Positions 1 through 9,117 of a DNA stretch of 22,843 nucleotides are shown piece after piece. Made by a program: the position numbers and the translations under genes. Within the stretch, counting starts at the first letter, position 1. Each line of letters opens with the position of its first letter. The stretch spans positions 1 through 22,843 of the forward strand of contig JAYVCD010000405.1 of NCBI GenBank assembly GCA_043750125.1, in the 5' to 3' direction. This stretch comes from Archangiaceae bacterium (GTDB lineage: Bacteria; Myxococcota; Myxococcia; Myxococcales; Myxococcaceae). The notes below the pieces were generated by a model. The model made no database searches, was not told the DNA's origin, and was given only the letters and a program-made list of their open reading frames with translations.

Positions 1-941
1 AGCCGAACCCCGCCGCTACCGCGATGGACACCAAGCTGCTGTCGAACAACTTCGACGCGATCGAAGTTCAGAACGGAATCACGCCCAACTTCGGAGTGAT
101 GAACGACTGGATGACGTTCCTCTCGCGCGGAGTGGTGAAGACGTCGACTGGAGTCTCGGACACCCACAACCAGTTCACCGACGTGGGGGGCTATGGCCGC
201 ACCTGGGTCTATCTGGGGGTCGACAAGCCCAGCGAATTCGACTCAGCGAAGTTCGCGTTGGCGATGAAGGCCCACCGGGCGATCTCTTCGTCGGGGCCGT
301 TCATCACCCTCACCGCCCAGAAGGTTTCCGCAGGCACGCCCGAGGGCCCTCTGGCATTGATCGGCCAGACGCTGTCGGTAGATCCCACCGCGGGTCAGAG
401 CGTCGAGCTGACCGTCGACGTGCAGGCTCCCGAGTGGCTGAACTTCACTTCGGTCGAGATCTACACCCACACCAGCGGCCGGGAATCGGTCGACGGAATC
501 ATCAACTCCAGCTGGCCGGACAACCGTCGCCTCGCGTTCAAGACCTATGATCCGACGATGCTCCCGCTCGAGCCGGTGCCGGGGCTCAACGGCTTTGCGG
601 CGCGCAGGATCCACGTCACCCAGAAGTTCACCGTCACCCCCACCGCGGACACCTGGTACGTCGCGATGGTGCGCGGAGGCACGTCGAGCCGCAGCCTGTC
701 TCCGATGGCGTGGCATGGGGTCAGCTGTTCGGGGGGAGTGTGTGTCCCCGATGACGCGCGACCGACCGGCTTCACCAACGCGGTGTTGATCGACGCCGAC
801 AAGTCTGGGGCCTACGACAACTTTCCGATCAAGCAGGCGCTGCAGCGGCTGCCTCCGGCGGCGGGTCCGGTTCCTCCGCGCCGCATGCCTTCGGTCGAAG
901 AGTTCGAGAATGCGATTCGGGCGATGCTGCGCCACAAATGA
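1..941 (+). CDS. C-terminal part of a PHP-like metallohydrolase (CehA/McbA-type), 5'-truncated by the window edge
   Basis: The frame is open upstream of ATG 24 to the window start (PNPAATAM...). Motifs FDAIEVQNG, TGVSDTH, GYGRTWV and SSGPFI are followed by a beta-rich C-terminal domain ending FTNAVLID. Stop TGA is at 939-941. Confidence 0.7.
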   Translation, partial: PNPAATAMDTKLLSNNFDAIEVQNGITPNFGVMNDWMTFLSRGVVKTSTGVSDTHNQFTDVGGYGRTWVYLGVDKPSEFDSAKFALAMKAHRAISSSGPFITLTAQKVSAGTPEGPLALIGQTLSVDPTAGQSVELTVDVQAPEWLNFTSVEIYTHTSGRESVDGIINSSWPDNRRLAFKTYDPTMLPLEPVPGLNGFAARRIHVTQKFTVTPTADTWYVAMVRGGTSSRSLSPMAWHGVSCSGGVCVPDDARPTGFTNAVLIDADKSGAYDNFPIKQALQRLPPAAGPVPPRRMPSVEEFENAIRAMLRHK

Positions 942-1216
942 CCCAGCCCCGTCGTCGGGTGTTCGTCCTGGGCGTGCTCGGCACGCTGGGGGTCCTCGCC
1001 ATTTTCCTGTTCTTGTCTCGGGCGGAAGTTCCTCGGCGCGGGCCTGCGACGACCCCGGTGGCCCAACCACCGCCGGCGCAACGGGTCGAAACCGGTCGGA
1101 TCCCCGGCTCGGATCAGGCTTCCCCGATGGTGACGCCCGAGCCTCCACCCCCGGCTCAACGGGTGCAGCTCGAGCGCCCGCTGCCGACCCACTTCGACGC
1201 CGGCCCGCGAAGCTGA
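938..1216 (+). CDS. Small membrane-anchored Pro-rich hypothetical protein (92 aa; may really end at 1257)
   Basis: ATGA overlap with the upstream stop. Basic N-terminus (PRRR) precedes a hydrophobic helix VFVLGVLGTLGVLAIFLFL. PPPAQRV occurs twice. Confidence 0.65.
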   Translation: MTQPRRRVFVLGVLGTLGVLAIFLFLSRAEVPRRGPATTPVAQPPPAQRVETGRIPGSDQASPMVTPEPPPPAQRVQLERPLPTHFDAGPRS

Positions 1217-1253
1217 CCCAACGCTTCGAGCTGGGTCCCAAAGATGCGCGGGA

Positions 1254-2633
1254 CTAAGGCTGACGAAAGACGATCACTCCGCCCTTGATGGTCGGGTTGG
1301 AGTTCGTCTCGTAGGTGAAGGCCAGCGTCACCTTGTTGGTCCGATGAAACGCGGCGCTGATCCACTGGCCTGCGAAGCCGAAAACAGGATCCGAAGGAAA
1401 CTCGGGGCGGCAAGTCGTGAATGAAGCCCCACTGGTCGCGCGCGCAAGCTTTGGCCCACCCCTGCACCCATTATTTACGGAAGGACCCACGTGATTGGCC
1501 GCAATCGCGACGTTCCCCACCGAGTCGATCGCAAGGGCCTGGAACGTTGACGTTCCTTCGAAAACATCGCCCGCGAAATCTCGGGGAATTTCGACCGGAG
1601 TGAAGCCCGTGCCCGCCGCATCGGTCGCCGCCGCGTACCAGAGCTGCGCGTTGGCCGAGGTCGACGAAGGCAGGTGATAGGCGACCCGAGGAAGCAACGC
1701 GCTGAACGTCAGGCTGACCGATGCAGGCTTGGTCAGCGCAGCTCCCGCAGTGTCCGCAATCTTGTTGGGGCTCGATCCTGGCCGCCAGAACAGCAGGCTC
1801 ACCGACCCGGCGCCCGCACCGGGAGGTCCGGTGAAATAGGCGAGGCCTGCGTTGCCGGCCGAGTCGACGGCCATCGAGAACGGCTTGGCCAGCGCGACAT
1901 CGGGCGACGCGGGCGCGGGGTTCATCGAATCGCTGAAGGCGCCCTTCCCCACCCGCCGCCGGTAGACCACCTGGCCGCAGTCGATAGTGCCACAAAGGGC
2001 CTCAGCCTCGAAGTACGCCAGGTGGGTGACGGAATCGTTGAGGACCAAGGTGGGGTTGCTGAGCAAATGGCTCGAAGCGTTGGCCAGGCTCACCGTCTCG
2101 GGAGACCAGGTGAGGCCTTCGTCGGTCGAGAGGGCGATCTTCACCGCCTTCTGATCGGTGATGTACGCGATGCCGATCACCCCGTTGACGGGATCCCGCG
2201 AAATCGACACCTGGCGGTTCGGCTCGGTGAGATCGATTTCGCCCACGGTGGCGACGGTGATCGGTGCCTGGTAGCCCAGGGTTCCACCGTCGAGCGTCTT
2301 GTCGAGCCCGTTCCAGCGGGTGAAGACCAGCGCATCGTCGATGCGGAACGTGTCGTTGTTCGGGTCGGTGTAGATCGCCGCGATCATCGGGTGGCCAAAT
2401 TGATCGAGCGCCATCGCCGCGCTGACGCCCACCCGCACTGAAAGGCCGTTGCCCGCGGGAAGCTCGAGCGCCGTGCTGTACCCGCTGACGGGCTCGCTGC
2501 CCTTCATCCGACCCGCGTCGACGCCGCCGTCCACGCCGGCGTCAATGTCGGGCCCGGCGTCGAAGACAGGCTTGGGCTTGGGTCCGCAGGCGGCGAGGCT
2601 CGCCGCGAGGATCAACAACAGAAGCTTGTTCAT
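1254..2633 (-). CDS. Lipoprotein with Asp-box (BNR/sialidase-like beta-propeller), function unknown
   Basis: Signal MNKLLLLILAASLAAC ends in a lipobox. DAG/DGG linker follows. Asp-box STDEGLTW and repeated blade-like units (MALDQFGHPMIA, MAVDSAGNAGLAY, LAIDSVGNVAIA) are present. Confidence 0.75.
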   Translation of the reverse strand: MNKLLLLILAASLAACGPKPKPVFDAGPDIDAGVDGGVDAGRMKGSEPVSGYSTALELPAGNGLSVRVGVSAAMALDQFGHPMIAAIYTDPNNDTFRIDDALVFTRWNGLDKTLDGGTLGYQAPITVATVGEIDLTEPNRQVSISRDPVNGVIGIAYITDQKAVKIALSTDEGLTWSPETVSLANASSHLLSNPTLVLNDSVTHLAYFEAEALCGTIDCGQVVYRRRVGKGAFSDSMNPAPASPDVALAKPFSMAVDSAGNAGLAYFTGPPGAGAGSVSLLFWRPGSSPNKIADTAGAALTKPASVSLTFSALLPRVAYHLPSSTSANAQLWYAAATDAAGTGFTPVEIPRDFAGDVFEGTSTFQALAIDSVGNVAIAANHVGPSVNNGCRGGPKLARATSGASFTTCRPEFPSDPVFGFAGQWISAAFHRTNKVTLAFTYETNSNPTIKGGVIVFRQP

Positions 2634-2655
2634 GGAGTACCCGATCGTTGTGTCT

Positions 2656-3804
2656 TCAGGCGCCGGCCGCCTTGATGACTTCGCGCGCGATCACCAACCG
2701 CTGCACTTCACTGGTGCCTTCGTAGATCGTCTGGACCCGCGCGTCGCGCAGGTACCGTTCGACGGGGAACTCGTCGATGTAACCGTAGCCGCCGTGGATC
2801 TGCACCGCGCGATCGCAGACCTTGTTGCTCATCTCGCTGGCGAACAGCTTCGCCATCGAGGCTTCGCGGCTGAACGGGCGCCCCGCTTCCTTCAAGGACG
2901 CCGCGCGCAGGCACAGCAGCTGCGCCGCCTCGAGCTGGGTCTGCATGTCGGCAAGCATGAAGCGAAGCGACTGGAATTCGGCGATGGGCTTGCCGAACGC
3001 CTGGCGATCTTTCGCGTACCGAACGGACGCCTCGATGGCGGCTCGGGCGACTCCACAGGCCTGGGCCGAAATTCCAATTCGCCCTCCGTCGAGCGCGATC
3101 ATCGCCAGCTTGAAGCCATCGCCTTCTTTGGCCAGCAAGGCGTCGAGCGGGATTTCGCAGTTCTCGAAGGTGAGCGAGACGGTGTTCGAGCCGCGCAACC
3201 CCATCTTGTCTTCCGCCCGTCCGATCAGCAGCCCGGGGCTCTTGCCCTCGACGATGAAGCACGAGAGGCCCTTGCTGCCCTCGGCCCCGGTGCGCGCCCA
3301 GACGACGATCACTCCTGCGTACGCACCCGAGGTGATCCACTGCTTGGATCCATTGAGGACCCACGTGTTGCCCTGCCTGACCGCTTTGGTGCGCATCGCG
3401 CCCGCGTCAGAGCCGGCGTGGGCCTCGGACAAAGCGAAGGCTCCCGCGACGGCCTTCCCCGAAGTGAGCGCGGTGACGAATTTTTTCTTCTGGCCGTCGG
3501 TGCCAAAGGCGTTGATCAGCTCGCCGCACATGTTGGTGACGGCCATACCGACCGAAGTCGAAGCACAGGCGGCGCTGATCTCGATCATCGCCAGCGCATA
3601 CGAGACGACTCCGGCCTCGGCGCCGCCAAGCTCGGCGGGCAGGTTGACGCCCAGCAGGCCCAGATCGGCCATCTGGGCGTAGAGGTCCGCCGGGAAACGC
3701 TCTTCGCGGTCGGTCTGACGCGCGCGCGGAGCCACCCCTTCGCGCGCGAACCTCGCCGCAGTCTCGCGGACCAGCTTCTGCGTTTCGGTGAGCTCGAGCT
3801 GCAT
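2656..3804 (-). CDS. Acyl-CoA dehydrogenase (short/branched-chain type)
   Basis: Motifs FALSEAHAGSD, LNGSKQWITSG, EDKMGLRGS, LDGGRIGI, AVQIHGGYGY and IYEGTSEVQ with the catalytic Glu. Confidence 0.97.
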   Translation of the reverse strand: MQLELTETQKLVRETAARFAREGVAPRARQTDREERFPADLYAQMADLGLLGVNLPAELGGAEAGVVSYALAMIEISAACASTSVGMAVTNMCGELINAFGTDGQKKKFVTALTSGKAVAGAFALSEAHAGSDAGAMRTKAVRQGNTWVLNGSKQWITSGAYAGVIVVWARTGAEGSKGLSCFIVEGKSPGLLIGRAEDKMGLRGSNTVSLTFENCEIPLDALLAKEGDGFKLAMIALDGGRIGISAQACGVARAAIEASVRYAKDRQAFGKPIAEFQSLRFMLADMQTQLEAAQLLCLRAASLKEAGRPFSREASMAKLFASEMSNKVCDRAVQIHGGYGYIDEFPVERYLRDARVQTIYEGTSEVQRLVIAREVIKAAGA

Positions 3805-3807
3805 CGG

Positions 3808-4293
3808 CTATTCGATCGCCTTGAGGTTGAAGGGGTACTCGATCGGGTGCTTCTTCCCGTCGGGAGGCTTGGGGAACGCCATCGTCCCGAGCACCGAAAC
3901 CACGCATTCGTGCAGCTTCGGATCCTTCAGGGTGGTCCCCTTCTTCATCACCTGCGGCTTGCTCACCAGCCCGTCGGGGGTGATCAAGAACGCCGTCATC
4001 AACTTTCCTTCGACTGCCTTGTTCTTCACCGCCAGCGTCTCTTCGTAGCAACCCTGAATCTGTGGCGCGTAGAAGGCCACCACCGTCTGAATGCTCAGGG
4101 GAGTGAACGGCAGCTTCTCGATGTCCGGCCCCGGTCGCGCCGCCACCGTGCCGCCATCGGCGCTTTCGGTCGCAGGCGCAGGCGCGACGGCGTCCTTCAG
4201 CAGTGCCTTCATCGTGTCGTTCTTCGCAGGCTTGGCCTTCGCCACGGGAGCCGCAGCGAGCGTCATGGCAACAACAATGGAAAACAGGTTCAT
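3808..4293 (-). CDS. Secreted AgmX/PglI C-terminal (TonB-C-like) domain protein
   Basis: Signal peptide MNLFSIVVAMTLAAAP. Pattern IQGCYEETL...VEGKL...FLITPDGLV...DPKLHECVVSVLGTMAFPKPPDG...IEYPF is typical of this myxobacterial domain. Gaps to its neighbours are only 2-3 bp. Confidence 0.8.
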   Translation of the reverse strand: MNLFSIVVAMTLAAAPVAKAKPAKNDTMKALLKDAVAPAPATESADGGTVAARPGPDIEKLPFTPLSIQTVVAFYAPQIQGCYEETLAVKNKAVEGKLMTAFLITPDGLVSKPQVMKKGTTLKDPKLHECVVSVLGTMAFPKPPDGKKHPIEYPFNLKAIE

Positions 4294-4295
4294 GG

Positions 4296-5438
4296 TCAGT
4301 CCTTGAGCATGTTGGCAGAGATGACGATGCGCTGAATTTCGCTCGTTCCTTCGTAGATCTCGGTGATGCGGGCGTCTCGAACGTGGCGCTCGGCGTCCAT
4401 CTCTTTCGAGTAGCCCATGCCGCCGTGGATCTGCAGCGCTTTGTTGGTGACCCGCCCCGACATCTCGCTCGCGTAGAGCTTGGCCATCGCGCTTTGCTGC
4501 GAGTGGCGCTGGCCCTGGTCCTTCATCAACGCGGCGCGAAGGGTGAGCAGCCGCGCGGCGTCGAGCTCAGTGGCCATGTCGGCGAGCATGAAGGCGATCG
4601 CCTGGTGATCGCGGATCGGCTGACCAAACGTCTTGCGCTCACCCGAATACGCCAGCGCTTCTTCGAACGCTCCGCGCGCGATGCCGATCGCCTGGGCGGC
4701 GATTCCGATTCGGCCTCCGTCCAGGGTGCTCATCGCCACCTTGAAGCCCTCGCCCTCTTTGCCCAGGATGTTCTTCGACGAGACCTTCATGTCCTCGAAG
4801 TAGATCGTGCAGCTGTGGGCGCCATTGATGCCCATCTTCTTGTCCGGCGGCTGGCGGTTGAACCCGGGGGTCGAAGTCGGAACCAGGAACGCGGTGATCC
4901 CTTTGTTCCCCTTGCTCCTGTCGGTCATCGTGAAAAGGACGATCGCGTCGGCTTTCGGCCCGACGGTGATCCAATTCTTCGAGCCGTTGATGACGTACTC
5001 GTCGCCCTTCTTCACCGCGACGGTCTGCTGGGCGGCCGCATCGCTGCCCGCGTTGGGCTCGGTGAGGCCGAAGCAGCCGAGCTTCTCGCCGCGCGCGAAG
5101 GGTTCGAGAAATTCTTTCTTCTGCGCGTCGGTGCCGAACTTCATCACCGGGTCGCAGTAGAGCGAGTTGTTGACGCTCATGATCACGCCAGTGCTCGCAC
5201 AGCCCCGGCTGATTTCTTCAATCGCCAGCGCGTAGCAGACGTTGTCGAGGCCGGCTCCGCCGTGGGCTTCGGGGACGGCGACCCCCAGCAAAGACAGCTC
5301 GCCGAGCTTCTTCACCGCCGCTTCGGGCCAGGCATGCTGCTCGTCCCACTTGCGGGCGTTGGGGGTGAGCTCTTTGGCCGCAAATTCGCGGCACAGCTTC
5401 TGGATGTCGCGCTGGACGTCGGTCAGCTCGAAGTTCAT
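4296..5438 (-). CDS. Acyl-CoA dehydrogenase (butyryl-CoA dehydrogenase-like)
   Basis: Likely start is MNFELTDVQRD at 5438, because the ORF-track extension to 5930 overlaps the crotonase. Motifs GCFGLTEPNAGSDA, INGSKNWIT, LDGGRIGIAAQA, ALQIHGGMGY and IYEGTSEIQ. Confidence 0.97.
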   Translation of the reverse strand: MNFELTDVQRDIQKLCREFAAKELTPNARKWDEQHAWPEAAVKKLGELSLLGVAVPEAHGGAGLDNVCYALAIEEISRGCASTGVIMSVNNSLYCDPVMKFGTDAQKKEFLEPFARGEKLGCFGLTEPNAGSDAAAQQTVAVKKGDEYVINGSKNWITVGPKADAIVLFTMTDRSKGNKGITAFLVPTSTPGFNRQPPDKKMGINGAHSCTIYFEDMKVSSKNILGKEGEGFKVAMSTLDGGRIGIAAQAIGIARGAFEEALAYSGERKTFGQPIRDHQAIAFMLADMATELDAARLLTLRAALMKDQGQRHSQQSAMAKLYASEMSGRVTNKALQIHGGMGYSKEMDAERHVRDARITEIYEGTSEIQRIVISANMLKD

Positions 5439-5482
5439 GGCGGTCCGATTAGCAACATCGGCCGGCCTGCGTATAGGGCGGC

Positions 5483-6259
5483 CTACTGGCCGGTGAAGTT
5501 CGGGGGCCGCTTCTCGATGAAGGCTTTCATCCCTTCGCGCTGGTCGGCGGTGGAGAACAGCGTCGCAAACGCGATGCGCTCGAGCCCGCAAGCCGCGGGA
5601 AGCGGCAGGTCTGCCCCCTGGTCGATCACCCGCTTCGCCTGGGCGACCGCCAGCGGGCCGCGGCTGGCGATCTTCGCCGCGACCTCTTTGCAGTGGGCCA
5701 TCAACAGCTCGGGAGCCAGGACTTCGAGGACGAGGCCGATTTCTTTGGCCTTCGCCGCGTCGATCATCTCGCCGGTGAAGATCAGCTGCTTGGCGCGCGC
5801 CCGACCGACGAGCCGGGTGAGCCGCTGGGTCCCGCCAAAGCCGGGGATCACCGCCAGGGTCACTTCGGGCAGGCCAAACTTCGCTTTCTGCGAGGCGTAG
5901 ATGAAGTCGCATGCGATGGCGAGCTCGCACCCTCCGCCGAGGGCAAAGCCATTGACGGCGGCAATCGTCGGAACGCTGAGGGCGGCGAGCGCTTCGCCCA
6001 CCTTGTGCCCTTCGGTCGCAAACGCGAGGGCCTGCTCGGGGGAGTACCCGGCCATCTGGGCGATGTCGGCTCCGGCGACGAAGGCCTTCTCGCCGGCCCC
6101 GGTGACGATCAGCGCCCGCGCGTTGGGGTTCGCGGCGACCTGGGCGATGGCTTCCTGCAGCTCAGCCACGGCCTGGGCATTGAGGGCGTTGAGCGCCTTC
6201 GGTCGATTGACGGTGAGGACTGCGATCGCGCCATCCCACTCGAGTGTGACCAGTTCCAT
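5483..6259 (-). CDS. crt: Enoyl-CoA hydratase / crotonase
   Basis: Start MELVTLEWDG at 6259. Motifs NRPKALNALN, KAFVAGADI, AAVNGFALGGGCELA, FGLPEV..IPGFGGTQRL and DQREGMKAFIEKR. Confidence 0.93.
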   Translation of the reverse strand: MELVTLEWDGAIAVLTVNRPKALNALNAQAVAELQEAIAQVAANPNARALIVTGAGEKAFVAGADIAQMAGYSPEQALAFATEGHKVGEALAALSVPTIAAVNGFALGGGCELAIACDFIYASQKAKFGLPEVTLAVIPGFGGTQRLTRLVGRARAKQLIFTGEMIDAAKAKEIGLVLEVLAPELLMAHCKEVAAKIASRGPLAVAQAKRVIDQGADLPLPAACGLERIAFATLFSTADQREGMKAFIEKRPPNFTGQ

Positions 6260-6356
6260 CCGCGGCCTCTTAGTACGAGCGACTGAAACCGTCTCGACTC
6301 GCCTCGGGTTCTGCCAACGCAAACAAGTCGTGGCCACCTGGCGTAGAAGGTTTCCG

Positions 6357-7808
6357 ATGGCTCGCCCACGGCTGATTTTTTGTCTGCTGTGGGCCTGCGC
6401 CTGCGGAGCCCCGCCTGGGCTGGAAGGCGAGCCTCGGCTCGACGCGGGGACTTCTGACGCTGGGACCGACGGTGGCGAGAAGGATGCCGGCCTGCCCGAT
6501 GCCGGGATTGCGGACGCTGGCCTTCCCGACGCCAGTGTTCCCGACGCCGGCCTGCCCGACGCCGGGCTTCCCGACTCAGGGGTGACCGACGCAGGGCTGC
6601 CCGATGCCGGCTTCGATGCGGGCGCGGCCGGACCGGTCGTCTATCCCTTCGCCGAGCGCCACTCGCCGATCACGCCCTCGGTCGTCGCGAACCTGAAGCG
6701 GATCGCCGCGATCGCTCCGCGGCTGGACGGAGTGTTCGCGAAGATCGGGGACTCGAACACGGTCAACACCAACTTCCTCGCCTGCCTGTCCGGGGCGAAC
6801 GTCGACCTCGCGGGCCAAACGGCATTGCAGGCAACGATCGACCACTTCAAACCGGGCCCGTCGTATCTCCGGGTGAGCCAGGCGGCGACCGTGGGTTGGA
6901 GCGCCGGCGCCGCCCTCGCCGGCACGCCCTCGCCGCTCGACAACGAGGTCAACGCCCTCTCGCCCCGCTACGCACTGGTGATGTTCGGAACGAACGACAT
7001 CGGAGACAGCACCGGGGACGTCTTCACCTACGCCCGCAACATGTTTTCGATCACCGACCAGCTGATCGCCCGGGGAATCATCCCCCTGCTGACCACCCTT
7101 CCCCCCCGCGACGATCTGGCGCTCGCCGACGCCCGCGTGCCCGAGTTCGATGCTGTGGTGCATGGAATTGCACAGGCGCGGCAGATTCCACTGATGGACC
7201 TCGAGCGCGCGATGCGGCTGCTGCCCGCGCATGGAATCGGGTCCGACGGGCTGCACCTCAACGTCTACCTCTCGGGTGGTTTCGCGCGGGGCTGCATCTT
7301 CACTGCCGCCGGCCTCGCCTTCGGGCACAACACCCGGAACCTGCTCGTCCTCGAGTCGCTGGCCCGGGCTCGAGTGGCCGTGGACACCTCGACCGCCTCG
7401 GACCCGAGCGCCACGGTCCAGCAGGGCCTGGGCACCCTCGCAGCTCCGTTTCTGATTCCTTCTTTGCCCTTCGTCGATCTGCGCGACACGTCTAAGTCGG
7501 GGATCAACCGGATCTCGACCTACCCCGGCTGCGGATCCACGACCGATGAGTCGGGCCCAGAGCAGCTGTACCAGCTGACGGTCACCCAGCCGACGGCGGT
7601 GAAGATCCAGGCCTTCGCGCTCAACGGCGCAGACATCGACGTCCACCTGATGAATTCCCCCACCAGCGGAGCCGGCTGCGTCCTGCGCAACGATCGCCAG
7701 ATCGTCACCACCCTGCAGCCGGGAACCTGGTGGCTGTCGCTCGACACCTACGTCGCCGCCGGCACCGCAAAGTCAGGGGAATACCTGCTCTCGATTGTTC
7801 CGCAGTGA
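6357..7808 (+). CDS. SGNH/GDSL hydrolase lipoprotein with a DAGLP-repeat linker and a C-terminal PPC-like beta domain
   Basis: Start MARPRLIFCLLWACAC (lipobox-like) at 6357. SGNH blocks KIGDSNT, MFGTNDIG and DGLHLN. C-terminal region ESGPEQLYQL...DIDVHL...LQPGTWWLSLDTY...GEYLL. Confidence 0.85.
   Translation: MARPRLIFCLLWACACGAPPGLEGEPRLDAGTSDAGTDGGEKDAGLPDAGIADAGLPDASVPDAGLPDAGLPDSGVTDAGLPDAGFDAGAAGPVVYPFAERHSPITPSVVANLKRIAAIAPRLDGVFAKIGDSNTVNTNFLACLSGANVDLAGQTALQATIDHFKPGPSYLRVSQAATVGWSAGAALAGTPSPLDNEVNALSPRYALVMFGTNDIGDSTGDVFTYARNMFSITDQLIARGIIPLLTTLPPRDDLALADARVPEFDAVVHGIAQARQIPLMDLERAMRLLPAHGIGSDGLHLNVYLSGGFARGCIFTAAGLAFGHNTRNLLVLESLARARVAVDTSTASDPSATVQQGLGTLAAPFLIPSLPFVDLRDTSKSGINRISTYPGCGSTTDESGPEQLYQLTVTQPTAVKIQAFALNGADIDVHLMNSPTSGAGCVLRNDRQIVTTLQPGTWWLSLDTYVAAGTAKSGEYLLSIVPQ
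6483..6623 (+). repeat. About nine imperfect 15-bp tandem units encoding DAGLP-type pentapeptides
   Basis: Translation reads DAGLP DAGIA DAGLP DASVP DAGLP DAGLP DSGVT DAGLP DAGFD AG. Synonymous codons differ between units. Confidence 0.95.
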
Positions 7809-7811
7809 CCT

Positions 7812-8666
7812 TCAGTACTTGAAGAAGCCGCGGCCGGATTTTTTCCCCAGCCAGCCCGCCTCGACATGTTGCCGAAGCAACGGGCAGGGGCGGTACTTGC
7901 TCTCACCCAGGCCGGCGTGAAGCACCTGGGCGATCGACAGCACCGTGTCGAGCCCGATGAAGTCGGCCAGGGCCAGGGGGCCCATCGGTTGGTTGGTGCC
8001 CAGCTTCATCGCGGTGTCGATGTCCTCTGCCGAAGCGAGCCCTTCCATCAACGCGAAGCACGCCTCGTTCAGCATGGGGATGAGGATCCGGTTGACGATG
8101 AACCCGGGGAAGTCCTTCGAGACGACGGTGGTCTTCCCCATCTTCTCGGCCAGCGCTCGCGTCGCCGCGTAGGTCTCGTCGCTGGTGGCGGCGCCGCGAA
8201 TGATCTCGACCAGGGTCATCACCGGAACCGGGTTCATGAAGTGCATCCCGATCACCGCCTCGGGGCGCCGGGTGGTGGCAGCGATGCGGGTGATCGGAAT
8301 CGACGAGGTGTTGGTGGCGAGCACGCCTCCGGGGCGGACGATCGCGTCGAGATCTTTGAAAATCTTCTTCTTCAGATCCTCGTTTTCGCTGACCGCCTCG
8401 ATGCCCACGTCAGCGTTCTTCACGTCGAGAATTGCGCTCGCGGTAAAGAGCCGCTCGATCGCGTCCTTCCGCTTCGCGTCGTCGAGCTTCCCCTTCTCGA
8501 CCAGCTTGGCCAGCCCGGCTTCGATTCGCGCCTTGCCCTTGCTCACCACTTCGGCCGCGACATCGACCAGGGTCACCTTCAGGCCGGCGACCAGCGCGAC
8601 CTGGGCAATCCCCGTTCCCATCTGACCGGCGCCCACCACCACCACGTGCTTGAACTCGTTGGACAT
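7812..8666 (-). CDS. hbd: 3-hydroxybutyryl-CoA dehydrogenase
   Basis: Rossmann motif VVGAGQMGTGIA, plus IEAVSEN, LATNTSSIPIT, IGMHFMNPVPVM, PGFIVNRIL, PMGPLALADFIGLD and LGKKSGRGFF. Confidence 0.96.
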   Translation of the reverse strand: MSNEFKHVVVVGAGQMGTGIAQVALVAGLKVTLVDVAAEVVSKGKARIEAGLAKLVEKGKLDDAKRKDAIERLFTASAILDVKNADVGIEAVSENEDLKKKIFKDLDAIVRPGGVLATNTSSIPITRIAATTRRPEAVIGMHFMNPVPVMTLVEIIRGAATSDETYAATRALAEKMGKTTVVSKDFPGFIVNRILIPMLNEACFALMEGLASAEDIDTAMKLGTNQPMGPLALADFIGLDTVLSIAQVLHAGLGESKYRPCPLLRQHVEAGWLGKKSGRGFFKY

Positions 8667-8722
8667 GGCAGCTGTTTAAGTCCGACCCGATTGCCGGATC
8701 AACGCGCCAAATCGACGACCGC

Positions 8723-8734
8723 TTGATCGATCAA
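8723..8734. promoter_or_regulatory. Perfect 12-bp palindrome TTGATCGATCAA, candidate operator upstream of hbd
   Basis: Seen directly, 57-68 bp upstream of the hbd ATG in an intergenic region. The operator role is inferred. Confidence 0.35.
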
Positions 8735-8847
8735 CTCAACCGGGGCAGTGGTCGCCAGTCGATGACGCAGCCGCACGTCCAGGGGCTTCAATTGGCCGAC
8801 GGTGCGAGCGCAGTGGTGACCCGGATTCCCACCCGCGCCTTCCGCCC

Positions 8848-9117
8848 CTAGTGGACTTCCCACTGGTCGACCGCGCAAACCGTGCGTCCCCGCGCACTGT
8901 CTGACGCACTCCAGAGCCGATCGAGCGCCCGGTGGATCAACGGGTCGGTCTGCAGCTGCTCACAGATCTTCGAAGTCAGCACGGTCGAGTCGATTCGCAC
9001 CTTCTCGCGCAAGATCCCGGCGACCAACTGGCGAGTGGCTTCCTCTTTCGAAGAGATTTCCCCAGACCGCAGCTGCCGAACGATCTGCTCGGCGTGGGTC
9101 AGCTTCGGGATTCGCAT
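8848..9117 (-). CDS. Small helical hypothetical protein (89 aa)
   Basis: RBS AGGAG lies 7 nt before ATG 9117. The sequence is amphipathic-helical (IVRQLRSGEISSKEEATRQLVAGILREKV...LQTDPLIHRALDRLW). Confidence 0.7.
   Translation of the reverse strand: MRIPKLTHAEQIVRQLRSGEISSKEEATRQLVAGILREKVRIDSTVLTSKICEQLQTDPLIHRALDRLWSASDSARGRTVCAVDQWEVH

Noticed and set aside
6483-6623. CRISPR-like array
   Set aside because: The units are contiguous 15-bp in-frame coding repeats with no unique spacers, and no cas genes are present.
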